52,858 nt of DNA from a virus (taxonomy: Duplodnaviria > Caudoviricetes). How positions within the stretch are numbered: position 1 is the first letter of the stretch; every line of letters starts with the position of its first letter. The notes beneath the pieces were generated by a model. The model searched no databases, was not told the DNA's origin, and saw only the letters and a list, made by a program, of their open reading frames with translations. Positions 9,840-20,235 of the stretch are shown here, piece after piece. The position numbers were made by a program, and so were the translations under genes. The stretch is from the IMG/VR virus record IMGVR_UViG_3300008255_000161, positions 1-52,858 of that record; one strand, 5' to 3'.

Positions 9840-11093
9840 ATGGTAACAGCAGTTAATATACCCCTGCCCAAGCTCGGGGTGGACCTCCTCTCAGACGAGA
9901 CCCAACTACCTGAGGGAGCCGTGCGCAGAGCAGCGAACGTCGACATCCGGCGCGACGGGACGTTTGCGCGCCGCGATGGGTACAGCGTCCGCGTCGCAGG
10001 CAGTGGGTACCATAGCATGTACGGCGATGCCAAGGGTATCCTGGTCGGTAGAGGTACGGAGCTTTGCTCGTATTCACCGACGACCGACGCCGTAACATCG
10101 ATACTCGACACCGGCTCTGCGACCCCCATCGACTTCGCTCTCTATAACGGTTATCTGTACTTCACCAACCACGGCGGTACGTGGCGCATCTCAGCGGCCA
10201 ACGTGCTGCAACGCGCGGGTGTGCGTCTGCCCAACCCGTTACCTACGGTAGCCACTGCGGATAACGGTGCCCTGGCAGCCGGCAAGTACGTGGTGGCGAT
10301 TAGCCGTGTTAACGCAACCGGAGAAGAGTCAGCGACCAAAGTTATTGGGCAGGTCAGTTTGCCCTATGGAGGCGGTATCCATCTATCGGGGATGTCTGGC
10401 GAGGTGGGTGCGACCTACCGGGTGTACCTGACACCGCCTGACGGTGATGCGCTTTATCTCGCCGAAGAATTCTCCTCAGCGTTCACGACCTACGTGGTAA
10501 CACGGCAGCCCGATGGCGCCATTCGCACCTCGCAGCACTTAGCCCCGTTACCGGGCGGTGACTTCATTCGCGGCCATGCGGGACGTATTTATATCGCCAA
10601 GGACGACACGCTGCGGTTTTCCCAGCCGTTGCGTCCCCACCTCCACGACCCACGCCACGACTTCATTCAGTTCTCTGGCCTGCTACGCTTCATCGAGCCG
10701 GTCCTGGGTGGGGTGTTTGTCGGCGACGACCGTGGGGTGTGGTTTCTCCCTGGTAGTGATCCCTCAGACATGCGGATGCAGTTAGCCTCCGATATCCCCG
10801 CCCTACGCCGCTCGTCCCTGATGGTATCCGGGGCGCACTTCAATCGTGAAGTGGCGGAGGTCGACGCGCACGTAGCTGTGTGGCTGTCCGCAGAAGGTTA
10901 CATGGTGGGTAAGCCCAACGGTATCGTTTTCCCCCTCCAAGCCGACCGGTTGCGCATCGACCCCACGCTTGAAGGCAAATCCCGGCTGGTTATCAGACGT
11001 GGTATAAAACAGGTTGTTACGCTCGTTTCTTCATCCCGGCCTACCCAATACGGAGTGGCTATTGATACAACGCCTTTGATCGAGGAGATCTAA
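9840..11093 (+). CDS. Tail tubular/nozzle (DNA stabilisation)-like beta-propeller protein
   Basis: N-terminal LPEGAVRRAANVDI..DG..ARR.G motif typical of podovirus nozzle/stabilisation proteins. Confidence 0.6.
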   Translation: MVTAVNIPLPKLGVDLLSDETQLPEGAVRRAANVDIRRDGTFARRDGYSVRVAGSGYHSMYGDAKGILVGRGTELCSYSPTTDAVTSILDTGSATPIDFALYNGYLYFTNHGGTWRISAANVLQRAGVRLPNPLPTVATADNGALAAGKYVVAISRVNATGEESATKVIGQVSLPYGGGIHLSGMSGEVGATYRVYLTPPDGDALYLAEEFSSAFTTYVVTRQPDGAIRTSQHLAPLPGGDFIRGHAGRIYIAKDDTLRFSQPLRPHLHDPRHDFIQFSGLLRFIEPVLGGVFVGDDRGVWFLPGSDPSDMRMQLASDIPALRRSSLMVSGAHFNREVAEVDAHVAVWLSAEGYMVGKPNGIVFPLQADRLRIDPTLEGKSRLVIRRGIKQVVTLVSSSRPTQYGVAIDTTPLIEEI

Positions 11094-11094
11094 G

Positions 11095-11676
11095 ATGATC
11101 GATAAAGACATTGCCCGCCACGCACGTGAGTTTCGTCGGGATATTGCCAACCACAAGTACGACGTATCGGACGAGGGCGTGTTGTTCCCGAAATCGCGCG
11201 TCTGGATCTCGGGCGAGTACGAGGATAACTACGGCGTTACACCGAACCTTGTGCCGACTGAAGGTCTGAACCACTTGCTGATGGTCGCGTTATCTGATAC
11301 CGCCAAGCTCAACACGTTCTACTTGGCGCTGTACTCGGCTGACTATACCCCGGTAGCGGGTATCACCGCCGCGACGTTCACCAGCACCGCGACCGAGCTG
11401 ACCAGTAACTCTGAGGGCTACTCGGAAACGGTGCGTCAGACCTGGACCCCCGCCGCAGCCGCCTCTGGGTCGATCGATAACTACGCCAGCAAAGCGGATT
11501 TCACTATTGCCACGGCATCCTCAGTGACAATCCGTGGTGCGGCGTTGCTGTCCGCCAGTGCCAAGGGCGCCACCTCGGGGGTATTGATTTCCATCGCCAA
11601 GTTCGCCACGGCACGGGTTGAGTACAATGGCAACCTGTACTCCCTGGGGTACCGCGTTACTGCCACTGCGACCTAA
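11095..11676 (+). CDS. Virion structural protein (tail/fibre attachment-like)
   Basis: NLVPTEGLNHLL...FYLALY...TIRGAAL...GVLIS pattern. Confidence 0.6.
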   Translation: MIDKDIARHAREFRRDIANHKYDVSDEGVLFPKSRVWISGEYEDNYGVTPNLVPTEGLNHLLMVALSDTAKLNTFYLALYSADYTPVAGITAATFTSTATELTSNSEGYSETVRQTWTPAAAASGSIDNYASKADFTIATASSVTIRGAALLSASAKGATSGVLISIAKFATARVEYNGNLYSLGYRVTATAT

Positions 11677-11688
11677 GGGAGGCTTAGT

Positions 11689-12585
11689 ATGTCTAAGCTA
11701 TCCACGGGGCTACGCCAATACCTGATGGGCACAGGGTACTTATCTGGCCTAATGAGTGGGGCGGTCCCGGCGTATAAACTCTATTTGTACGACGGCACTC
11801 CCCCAGCGACGGCGGATGATGCGCTCAGCGGTAATACGCTGCTCGCAACACTAGAGGACACGGTCGGTGGAGGTCTGGGTGTTTTCTTCGACGCTGCCTC
11901 AGACGGGGTACTGACGCAAGCCGCAGCAGCGCCTTTGCAAGGTAACGCAGGTACCGGAGGCACCCCGACCTTCTTCCGGCTGAAGACGACTGCAGATGCC
12001 AACTCGTTGAGCACTACAGCGTATCGTATCCAAGGGACTGTAGGTACCGTGGGTACGGAGGACTTAGTACTTGGAGCGGTTACTGCCACGCAGTTAATCA
12101 AGCTGAGTAGTTTCTTCATTACCCTCCCAGCGGGGGACGGGGCCAGCGCCAAGTTATCCACGGGGTTGCGTGATCAACTGCTCGATGTAGCGGATTTACA
12201 TACGATTCTTGCGGATGGCTTTGGACATGTGCTCAAGATATTTGACGGTACACCCCCAGCAACAGCGGATGCGGCGCTCAGTGGCAACACACTTCTCGTC
12301 ACAGTGGATGTCCCGGCAGACGGCTACCTTACGTTTGACGCGCCCTCGGCGGGGGTGATATCACGAAACATGAGTGCTTCTGCGGAAGGGACCATCGCCG
12401 CCACTGGTACCCCGACCTTTTTCCGTATTGAGACGTTGGCGGATACTGGGGCGCTAAGTACTACGTTGGTGCGTATCCAAGGGACCGTGGGGACCGTTGG
12501 TACGGAGGACTTGGTGGTTGGAGAGCTTACTGCCTCAGAGACGTTCGTGCTGGGTACCCTCACCATTACGCTACCAGCGGAGTAA
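11689..12585 (+). CDS. Virion protein made of two tandem ~148-aa repeats
   Basis: KLSTGLR...DGTPPATAD.ALSGNTLL...GTPTFFR...RIQGTVGTVGTEDLV...ITLPA occurs twice. Confidence 0.8.
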   Translation: MSKLSTGLRQYLMGTGYLSGLMSGAVPAYKLYLYDGTPPATADDALSGNTLLATLEDTVGGGLGVFFDAASDGVLTQAAAAPLQGNAGTGGTPTFFRLKTTADANSLSTTAYRIQGTVGTVGTEDLVLGAVTATQLIKLSSFFITLPAGDGASAKLSTGLRDQLLDVADLHTILADGFGHVLKIFDGTPPATADAALSGNTLLVTVDVPADGYLTFDAPSAGVISRNMSASAEGTIAATGTPTFFRIETLADTGALSTTLVRIQGTVGTVGTEDLVVGELTASETFVLGTLTITLPAE

Positions 12586-12588
12586 GGT

Positions 12589-14001
12589 ATGGCTAATGAT
12601 GTAGCACTTACTTTACCGTCGTTAATCGCTACAGCAGTGCCACAGCCTGTAATTGATGCAGCAGTTACTTTGCCAGCGCTAACCGCTACAGCGGTGCCGC
12701 AGCCTATAATTGATGCGTCAATTACTTTCCCCTCGTTAGCCGCTACAGGTATTGATGGCAGCCCGATCGAGTACGAGGACACCAGCTTATCGTTTACCGA
12801 GGCTGTCGAAGACGATCTGGATATGTTGTCTGATTCCATAGTCTTATCGGATACCGCCCAGGATAACCAGGAGCTGATAACTGATTCCATAGCCTTATCC
12901 GATGAGCTGCAAGCAAATAGCGCCTCCTCTGTGGCCGATAGTTTCCTGGTGACAGAGGAGGCGTCAGCAGGATGGTCTGAAGCCGACGGGTTTTCGGTTA
13001 GCGATGCGCTGGAGCAAACCTCCTCTGCGCAGATAATGGATACGTTCGCGCTGTCCGACGCTAGGGCTTCCGACGTCACGGTCTCCGTTGAGGATTCGGT
13101 ACGAGTAAGGGAAAGAGTAACGCAAGTTACTGCTATGCTGCTCAGTGACACAATCGAAATATCCGAAACGACCGCCGAGACACTAGGGCACACGGTCGTG
13201 GACTCCTTTGGCGTAGGAGACACTACCTCATACGCCACGACTGAAAGCCACGAAGTTACCGATACGCTCCAACTGAGCGATGGCTTAGAGTTAGTTGCGA
13301 CGACGTTCGAAACCGACAGTATCGCTCTCAGCGATACCCTGGTGCACATCGCGCTATCGAACATAGAAGATAGCATCGCTCTCAGCGACGATATGCTGCT
13401 TGTGGGGCAGCCCACGGCGCAGGAGCTTAGCAGCGCCATCGTCGTCACGGACGCCCTGCAGCTGGTATCGAGCGCTGTAACCAACGTCGTGGATACCCTG
13501 GAACTTACTGACGAGATTCTGCACCGTGATGCAGAAGCGATTGCATGGTGTATGAACCCAGAATCCACTGCATCCTGGATCTACGAGAATTGGCAGTTTA
13601 CCGATATGGCCCAGACCTCAGCCGGTACATTTGCGGTGGGGCGTGAGGGCATTGTCGAAGTGACGGGGGATACCGACGCAGGAGAACTTATCCCTGCAGA
13701 GGTGGCCTACGGCTTCGTGGATTTTGGTAGCGAGTACAAAAAACGTATGGAGTCCCTGTGGGCTGGATACACGGCGCAGTCAGCCCTGGAGGCGGGGGTA
13801 GAAACCTATGGCCAAGGCTACCCGGTGTATTGGTACGGGATGCCGGCGCGCGATGCCAACCAGCCATTGAACAACTACATCCATCCGGGTCGAGCGTTGG
13901 TTGCGCGGTATTGGCGCCTCTCGTTGCGTAACTCAGAAGGAGGCGCTTTCGATGTTAAGTCATTGCAGGCAGAAATTATCCCCGTTAAACGGAGGGCTTA
14001 A
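12589..14001 (+). CDS. Acidic repeat-rich tail protein
   Basis: Three N-terminal 18-aa repeats, then many DSIxLSD-type repeats, then a globular C-terminal domain. Confidence 0.65.
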   Translation: MANDVALTLPSLIATAVPQPVIDAAVTLPALTATAVPQPIIDASITFPSLAATGIDGSPIEYEDTSLSFTEAVEDDLDMLSDSIVLSDTAQDNQELITDSIALSDELQANSASSVADSFLVTEEASAGWSEADGFSVSDALEQTSSAQIMDTFALSDARASDVTVSVEDSVRVRERVTQVTAMLLSDTIEISETTAETLGHTVVDSFGVGDTTSYATTESHEVTDTLQLSDGLELVATTFETDSIALSDTLVHIALSNIEDSIALSDDMLLVGQPTAQELSSAIVVTDALQLVSSAVTNVVDTLELTDEILHRDAEAIAWCMNPESTASWIYENWQFTDMAQTSAGTFAVGREGIVEVTGDTDAGELIPAEVAYGFVDFGSEYKKRMESLWAGYTAQSALEAGVETYGQGYPVYWYGMPARDANQPLNNYIHPGRALVARYWRLSLRNSEGGAFDVKSLQAEIIPVKRRA

Positions 14002-14003
14002 AG

Positions 14004-15992
14004 ATGTCGGGCACTAACGGACCTTTTACTGATCCCGGCGTAGCAGGCTACGACTGGCCCGGAGAGAATATCGGCTCTGCCGCTGTTAGCAGATTAGACG
14101 GGGTAGATCGGGATATCCAGAACCTGCTAGATGCCCAAGACGCGGCACTCCTAGCCGAGCGCGCGCTGTTAGCTAGCAGCCTACAGGAGTTGGCTAACTG
14201 GACGCCTGATGAAGCCGCAACCGGCCAAGGTATGCCCATCGCGCCGCCTCTGGAAGTTACTTCACCCACGTTCGATTTCGATGGGGTGGATGAGGTACCA
14301 GCGACGGATATCACTGCCCCTAACACGACCTTGGGCGGATTGGTTACTATCCCTACGTTGGACCAAGTAACGGTAGACCCGTTTAGCCCCAGCGTAACAG
14401 GGCTGGCTATTCCAGAAGCGCCGATAGAGACAACGGAGGCAGCCCCCACCGCGCCTACGGTCAACGAAATAACACTGCCAGCGACGCCCAGCCTGAGTTA
14501 CCCCACGCTGCCTGTGCTGGATCAGATCACAATACCGACTTTTACACCCCTTAACCTCCCTGTCTTCGATGCGACGGCGCCTGAATTCGAAGGCACCGAA
14601 GTGGTTAATGTGCTGCAGTGGGCGAACCCTGAATACGCGGTAGAAGTTATCGATGAGGTTATCGCTCAGCTACGCGACATGTGGGCAGGTGGTAACGGCA
14701 TCCCACCAGCGGTTGAGCAGGCGATATGGGAGCGCGCGGCGAACCGGGAAGACCTGGATACGGCGCGTCAGTTGAGTGCGGCTACTACCGAGTTTGCCTC
14801 TCGTGGGTTCACTATGCCGCCTGGGATGTTAGTGGCCCGTACCGATGCGATCCGGGAGGAGTCCCAGATCAAAAAACAAAGCGCGAACCGCGATGCGGCT
14901 ATCCGCATGGCCGAGATCCACGTCGAGAACGTGCGCTTTGCCTGTGAGCAAGGCGTGGCAGCGGAGACGGTGTTGTTCAACATCTGGAACAACATAGCCC
15001 AGCGCCAGTTTGATGCCGCGCGAATCCAGTTAGAAATGCAGCTGAGCATGTACAACGCGCAGGTATCCTTATTCAATGCCCAACAGCAGGGCTACGCCGT
15101 CGAGGCGCAGGTGTTTAAGGCGCGTCTGGATGCGGAGCTGGCGAACGTCGAAGTGTTCCGCGCGCAAGTTGAAGCGCAAGTGGCCTCGGGGCAGCTGAAC
15201 GAACAGCGGGCACGGGTGTACGGCGAGCAAGTCAGAGGGTTGTTGGCGCGCGTAGAAGTCTATAAGGGGCAGCTGCAGGGCGCCGAAATACAGTCGACCA
15301 TCGAGCGCAATAAGATCGAAGGGTACCGTGCGGAAGTCCAGGCGTATGCAGAAAAGATCGGCGCCGCTAAGTTCAAATTCGATGCGTACGACAGTCGCGT
15401 GCGAGGCGAACTAGGTAAGGCGCAAATTGTGGATGCCGAAGCCAGGGCCTATGCGTCGTATGTATCGGGCGTGCGCACCATCGCAGAAATCGACATCAAG
15501 CGCATGGAGGGAGCCATCGCAACTAACCAGCAGAAAATACAGGAATACACGGCGCGCCTGCAGGGCGACCGCGCGACCATAGAAGCGCAGGTGGCTACTA
15601 GCCGCGCTATGGTGGATGCGTACCAAGCGAAGTCGCAGCAATATGTGGCATCTACAGGGCGAGCGGAAGCGGTGGCCAGAACCGACCTCGCCGCGCACGA
15701 GCTGGCAATCAGAACCTCGCTGCAAGCGCACGAGACGGAGATCCGCAAGTACACAGTCCTGTTAGAGAACTTACAGCGCCAAGGCGAGACACAGCTGGAG
15801 GCCCTGCGGTTGGCGGTGCAGACCGGCGCCACCCTGGTAGCAGGCACCACGGCGGGCCGCAGTATCGGGCTAAGCCTAAGCGGTAGTGCAGCGGTAAGTC
15901 ATAGCGCCGCAGAATCTAGGGCCGCTAGCTGGGCGAAGCAGCGCTCGGACAGCTATTCTGAAGGTTACTCGACTGTTACGCAGCTTGAGTGA
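14004..15992 (+). CDS. Virion protein with Pro/Thr-rich N-half and long helical coiled-coil C-half
   Basis: 662-aa ORF; FASRGFTMPPGML motif; Ala/Gln-rich heptads. Confidence 0.6.
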   Translation: MSGTNGPFTDPGVAGYDWPGENIGSAAVSRLDGVDRDIQNLLDAQDAALLAERALLASSLQELANWTPDEAATGQGMPIAPPLEVTSPTFDFDGVDEVPATDITAPNTTLGGLVTIPTLDQVTVDPFSPSVTGLAIPEAPIETTEAAPTAPTVNEITLPATPSLSYPTLPVLDQITIPTFTPLNLPVFDATAPEFEGTEVVNVLQWANPEYAVEVIDEVIAQLRDMWAGGNGIPPAVEQAIWERAANREDLDTARQLSAATTEFASRGFTMPPGMLVARTDAIREESQIKKQSANRDAAIRMAEIHVENVRFACEQGVAAETVLFNIWNNIAQRQFDAARIQLEMQLSMYNAQVSLFNAQQQGYAVEAQVFKARLDAELANVEVFRAQVEAQVASGQLNEQRARVYGEQVRGLLARVEVYKGQLQGAEIQSTIERNKIEGYRAEVQAYAEKIGAAKFKFDAYDSRVRGELGKAQIVDAEARAYASYVSGVRTIAEIDIKRMEGAIATNQQKIQEYTARLQGDRATIEAQVATSRAMVDAYQAKSQQYVASTGRAEAVARTDLAAHELAIRTSLQAHETEIRKYTVLLENLQRQGETQLEALRLAVQTGATLVAGTTAGRSIGLSLSGSAAVSHSAAESRAASWAKQRSDSYSEGYSTVTQLE

Positions 15993-16017
15993 CGGATAGG
16001 CGAACCGCTTGTATACT
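15989..16017 (+). promoter_or_regulatory. Possible sigma70-type promoter for the portal/capsid operon
   Basis: GTGACG-17 bp-TATACT just upstream of the portal ATG. Confidence 0.4.
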
Positions 16018-16043
16018 GAAGACAGATTACTGAAGGGCAAACT

Positions 16044-18086
16044 ATGGCTGGCGCATTAGGACTTATCCGGGTTAGATCAGCTTCCGACGTCATGAAAGAC
16101 CGGGACGCGGCTCGCAACGCGGCACTAGAAGCGAATATGGCGCCTGTCATCCAGGGGCTGGCTAAGCACGTGCTCGATAAATGGGAGACGGCGAAGAAAG
16201 CCAAACAACACGTGCTCCCCAGGTTGCAGCGGGCTCAGCGCGCGCGCCAGGGTGAATACGATGGGGCCAAACTGGCGCAGATCCGTGAATTCGGTGGGTC
16301 CGAAGAATACGCCCGGATAACAGCGAACAAGTGCCGCGTGGTCGAAGCATGGCTGCGCGATATCTTTATGGGGCAGACCGACAAACCCTGGACCCTGACC
16401 CACACCCCCAACCCCGACGTACCACCCGAAGCGCGTCTACAAGTGATGCAAGCCGTGGCGATGTCCGTTGCACAGACGTTCGCGCAGACCGGGCAGATGC
16501 CGGATGACTCCACGATCCGCGCCCAGCGTTCCGCGATGATGGAGCAGACCGAGGAGGCGATCCGCGAGGAAGCGAGAAAATCGGTCCAGCGCATGGAGCG
16601 ACTGATGGAGGACCAGCTGATCCAGGGTGGATTCCAGGGCGCCATGGCAGAGTTCCTGTCTGACTTCGTGACCTACCCCTCGGCGATCCTCAAAGGCCCT
16701 ATTTTACGCAAGCAAGCCAAGCTCACGTGGCAGCGCACCGCTGACGGTGCTACCGCGCCCGAGCTGCATACAGATATTATCCCAATGTATGAACGGGTAG
16801 ACCCGTTCAAACTCTACCCGGCACCGGGCATCACCACCCCGCAAGAGGGGTACATCATTGAAGTCGGTACTTTTGCCGAGTCTGACCTGTACGACTTGAT
16901 TGGCGTGGAGGGGTTTAACGAAGGCGCGATCCGGGCGGTGTTGACTGAGGGTGGTTATGAGAACTGGCTGTCCCTGTCGGATTCGGATTCGGCCAACGTC
17001 GACGACCAGCCGTTATCGGAGATCCGCAAAACCCTCGACGTGCAGTACCTGGAATATCACGGACCCGTCAAAGGGCTGGATCTGGTGGAGTGGGGTGTAG
17101 ACCCGAACGAAGTGGAAGACCCTGAGCGCAGCTACGAAGCCTGCGTGTGGCTGATTGGCCGGTGGATCATCAAAGCTCAGCTGAACTATGACCCGCTGGG
17201 TGTGCGACCTTATTTCAAAGCCAGCTACGAAGATCTCCCTGGTGAGTTTTGGGGCATGGCGGTACCGGATATTTTGGACGACATGCAGGGGGTGGCGAAC
17301 GCTGCACTGCGCGCGTTGGTTAACAACATGGCGATCGCTTCTGGGCCGCAAGTGGGGTTGAACGTCGATCGTCTCGCCCCAGGGCAAGACATCGCCCAGC
17401 TGACCCCCTGGCAGATCTGGCAGTTTAACGACTCTATGATGGGCAGCAGCGACGGGCGCCCGCCAATAGAATTCTTCCAACCACAGTCCAACACCCGCGA
17501 AATGATGGAGATCTTCGAATCCTGCTATCGCTATGCGGACGACTTCTCATTGGTGCCGCGCTACATGGCGGGCTCTGATAAGGTCGGCGGCGCAGGGCGC
17601 ACAGCTTCGGGGTTATCGATGCTGATGGACGCGGCAAACAAGGGGCTCAAGGGCGTGGTATCCAACATCGACCAAGGTATTATCGCACCGTTATTGCAGA
17701 AGTTATACGCCCATAACATGATGTACCATGACGACGAGACGGTGAAAGGTGATGCCCAAGTCATGGCACGCGGCGCGGTTGGCCTGATGCAGATGGAGAG
17801 CTTGCAGCTACGCCGTAATGAATTCCTCAACATCACCGCGAACCCGCTCGACTCGCAGATTGTGGGCCTGTCAGGCCGCGCAGAAGTGCTGCGTGAAGTC
17901 GCCAAAGGGCTGGAGCTGGATACTACCAAGGTGGTTCCGCCGCGTGAGCAGATCGCGCAGATGCAGCAAGCCCAGGCAGCGGCTCTGCAAGCGCCACCGC
18001 AGGCGCCAGGACAGGCCCCTTCCGGCGAGACGCTGCAGAACGGCACCGCTGTTACCGATAACTTTAGCCCTTCGGGAATGATGTAA
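16044..18086 (+). CDS. Portal protein
   Basis: 680 aa; RVDPF..YP, PGEFWG.AVP..L.D.Q..AN...R.LVNN, RTASGLSMLM motifs of podovirus portals; precedes scaffold and capsid. Confidence 0.88.
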   Translation: MAGALGLIRVRSASDVMKDRDAARNAALEANMAPVIQGLAKHVLDKWETAKKAKQHVLPRLQRAQRARQGEYDGAKLAQIREFGGSEEYARITANKCRVVEAWLRDIFMGQTDKPWTLTHTPNPDVPPEARLQVMQAVAMSVAQTFAQTGQMPDDSTIRAQRSAMMEQTEEAIREEARKSVQRMERLMEDQLIQGGFQGAMAEFLSDFVTYPSAILKGPILRKQAKLTWQRTADGATAPELHTDIIPMYERVDPFKLYPAPGITTPQEGYIIEVGTFAESDLYDLIGVEGFNEGAIRAVLTEGGYENWLSLSDSDSANVDDQPLSEIRKTLDVQYLEYHGPVKGLDLVEWGVDPNEVEDPERSYEACVWLIGRWIIKAQLNYDPLGVRPYFKASYEDLPGEFWGMAVPDILDDMQGVANAALRALVNNMAIASGPQVGLNVDRLAPGQDIAQLTPWQIWQFNDSMMGSSDGRPPIEFFQPQSNTREMMEIFESCYRYADDFSLVPRYMAGSDKVGGAGRTASGLSMLMDAANKGLKGVVSNIDQGIIAPLLQKLYAHNMMYHDDETVKGDAQVMARGAVGLMQMESLQLRRNEFLNITANPLDSQIVGLSGRAEVLREVAKGLELDTTKVVPPREQIAQMQQAQAAALQAPPQAPGQAPSGETLQNGTAVTDNFSPSGMM

Positions 18087-18314
18087 ATGCGCCAATTGAC
18101 GAAGGAAGAGCGAGAAGCGTTTCGTAGTTTAGAAAATAACCGCTATATTGTGGGTTATGTAGAGGAAATGCTTGAAGAAGCCAAAACTCGGCTTTTGGTG
18201 GTATCAGGCGACGCAGAGTTTCGGACAATCCAGGGTCACGCACAGGCATTGTCCCAACTGCTCGGCTACATCAAGCCGCAACCGCTTTATCAACAAACCG
18301 GCAAGCGCCAATAG
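18087..18314 (+). CDS. Small conserved protein after portal
   Basis: FRTIQGHAQAL motif; position between portal and scaffold. Confidence 0.7.
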   Translation: MRQLTKEEREAFRSLENNRYIVGYVEEMLEEAKTRLLVVSGDAEFRTIQGHAQALSQLLGYIKPQPLYQQTGKRQ

Positions 18315-18340
18315 GTGATGCCAAAGACTAGGAGGCAGAC

Positions 18341-19288
18341 ATGCCCGAAGCAGTGAGAAAACGCGCCGCGCAGGCGGATGCTCTGATCGAGGCCCAGCGC
18401 CAAGCCCGCATGACAGCGGTTGGTGCGCCCGACGCAGAAGCTGTACCTGACCCGGAGCAAGACCCAGAGGCACCCGCTGTTACCGACCCTACGTTAGACC
18501 AGGGTAGCCACGGCGAGCCCACTGATGAAACTCCCGAACCCCCTCAGACACCTCCCGACTCGGCGGTGTGGGAACAACGATGGCGTAGTCTTGACGGTCA
18601 GCTGCGAGCCCGCGACCGGCAGATTGAGCAGTTACAGGGTATTATCGCGTCGATGCAATCTGCACCTGCGCCAGCCCCTGCAGCGCCTGTGGCCCCCACC
18701 TCGGTAAATGAGGAAGACGAGGAGAACTTCGGTAGTGATTTGGTGGACATGGTTCGCAGGGCATCCAGAAGTGAAGCAACGCAGCTTCTGAATAACGTCA
18801 TGCAACGCCTCGATAAGCTGGAGCAAAAGCTAACCGGCGTAGAGTCCACTGCCACTGTCACCGCGCACGCGACCTTTGAGGATCGGTTGGCCCGCCTCGT
18901 ACCCAATTGGGAAACACTCAACTATGACCAAGGCTTCATCGACTGGTTGCAGGCGTCTTCTGCGCGAAACCGCGTATTCCAGACAGCCGCCAGCGACAAA
19001 GATGTCCCAACGGTCGCCGATTTCTTTCTGGAGTACGAGAAGCTGACAGCCAAACCGGCCAAGACACCTGCGCAGAACACACGTAAAGAACAGCTTGCTA
19101 AGCAAGTTGCCCCTGGTAAAGGTCGCACCGCACCTGCGGCGCCCGAGCCAGACCACCTCATTTGGACGCGCTCCTCCATTGCGCAGTTTTACCGTAACAA
19201 GTCGCAGTACTCCCCTAGTGAGTTCGCTCGCTTGGAGAAGGACTTGTTTAATGCGCAACAGCAAGGGCGCGTAGACCTAACGAAATAA
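18341..19288 (+). CDS. Capsid scaffolding protein
   Basis: Acidic/Pro-rich N-terminus, WEQRWRSLDG, VPNWETLN.D.GF..WL, C-terminal AQQQGRV; directly upstream of the capsid gene. Confidence 0.8.
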   Translation: MPEAVRKRAAQADALIEAQRQARMTAVGAPDAEAVPDPEQDPEAPAVTDPTLDQGSHGEPTDETPEPPQTPPDSAVWEQRWRSLDGQLRARDRQIEQLQGIIASMQSAPAPAPAAPVAPTSVNEEDEENFGSDLVDMVRRASRSEATQLLNNVMQRLDKLEQKLTGVESTATVTAHATFEDRLARLVPNWETLNYDQGFIDWLQASSARNRVFQTAASDKDVPTVADFFLEYEKLTAKPAKTPAQNTRKEQLAKQVAPGKGRTAPAAPEPDHLIWTRSSIAQFYRNKSQYSPSEFARLEKDLFNAQQQGRVDLTK

Positions 19289-19303
19289 TCAGGAGGCTAA
19301 GCC

Positions 19304-20224
19304 ATGGCTTATCCAGTAGTAGCACCAACACCCAGTTACTCAGGTACCTTTATCCCTGAGATCTGGTCCAGCAAGCTGGTCGAAAAATACTACGACAGCA
19401 CTGTGCTGGCGCAGATCAGCAACACCAACTACGAAGGCGAAATCCGCAATCAAGGGGATGTCGTTCAGATCCGTACCGTACCTACTCTGGATATCCATGA
19501 GTATAAGACGGGGCAGACGCTGATCAACCAACGCCCAGAAGCACCCAACGTCGAGCTGTTGATCGATAAAGGTTTTTACTGGTCTACCATCCTGGATGAC
19601 GTCCAGGAAAAGCAATCCGACATGGACCAGATGAATATCTGGGCGACGGATGCGGCAGAGCAGCTGAAGACCAAACTCGACACCCGCGTGTTGGGCAGCA
19701 TCGTACCCGACTTCTCATCCCTGAACATGGGTGCGACGGCAGGTAAGATCACGCAAGGTATCAACCTGGGCGTTACGGGCACCCCGGTTGCGCTGACCAA
19801 GAGCAACATCATCGACAACATCCTGTACCTCGGCCAGGTGTTGGACGAGCAGAACGTGCCTGAGACTGGGCGCTTTCTGGTGTTACCGTTCTGGGCCACG
19901 ACCCTGTTGAAGGGTTCTGACATCAAAGACGCGTCACTGGCGGGGGATTCCACCTCTGTGCTGCGCTCTGGGATGCTGGGTATGGTGGATCGTTTCACCC
20001 TGTTCAACAGCAACTTGCTGCCTCACTATACGGATGGAGCTGACCGTTGTGCGCACATCATCGCCGGACATAAAGACGGCTTGACGTTCGCTACTCAGTT
20101 GACCAAGACTGAGACCCTGCGGGCAGAGTCTACCTTCGGTGAGATCATGCGTGGTCTGATGGTGTACGGCTATAAAGTTATCAAGCCGGAAGCTCTGGCT
20201 GCTTTGTACGCAACTCGCGGTTAA
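19304..20224 (+). CDS. Major capsid protein
   Basis: FIPEIWSSKL...NTNYEGEI.NQGD.V.I...VPETGRFLV...RGLMVYG.KV..PEAL; strong RBS AGGAGG. Confidence 0.92.
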   Translation: MAYPVVAPTPSYSGTFIPEIWSSKLVEKYYDSTVLAQISNTNYEGEIRNQGDVVQIRTVPTLDIHEYKTGQTLINQRPEAPNVELLIDKGFYWSTILDDVQEKQSDMDQMNIWATDAAEQLKTKLDTRVLGSIVPDFSSLNMGATAGKITQGINLGVTGTPVALTKSNIIDNILYLGQVLDEQNVPETGRFLVLPFWATTLLKGSDIKDASLAGDSTSVLRSGMLGMVDRFTLFNSNLLPHYTDGADRCAHIIAGHKDGLTFATQLTKTETLRAESTFGEIMRGLMVYGYKVIKPEALAALYATRG

Positions 20225-20235
20225 GGGGATTACTC

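Noticed and set aside
11689-12585. Diversity-generating retroelement TR/VR pair
   Set aside because: Both copies are in one reading frame, differences are not adenine-specific, and no reverse transcriptase is in the window
12324-13568. 414-aa minus-strand ORF (also 34521-35510 +, 29362-30216 -, 46981-47760 + and similar)
   Set aside because: Antisense shadows of well-supported genes; low complexity and no motifs
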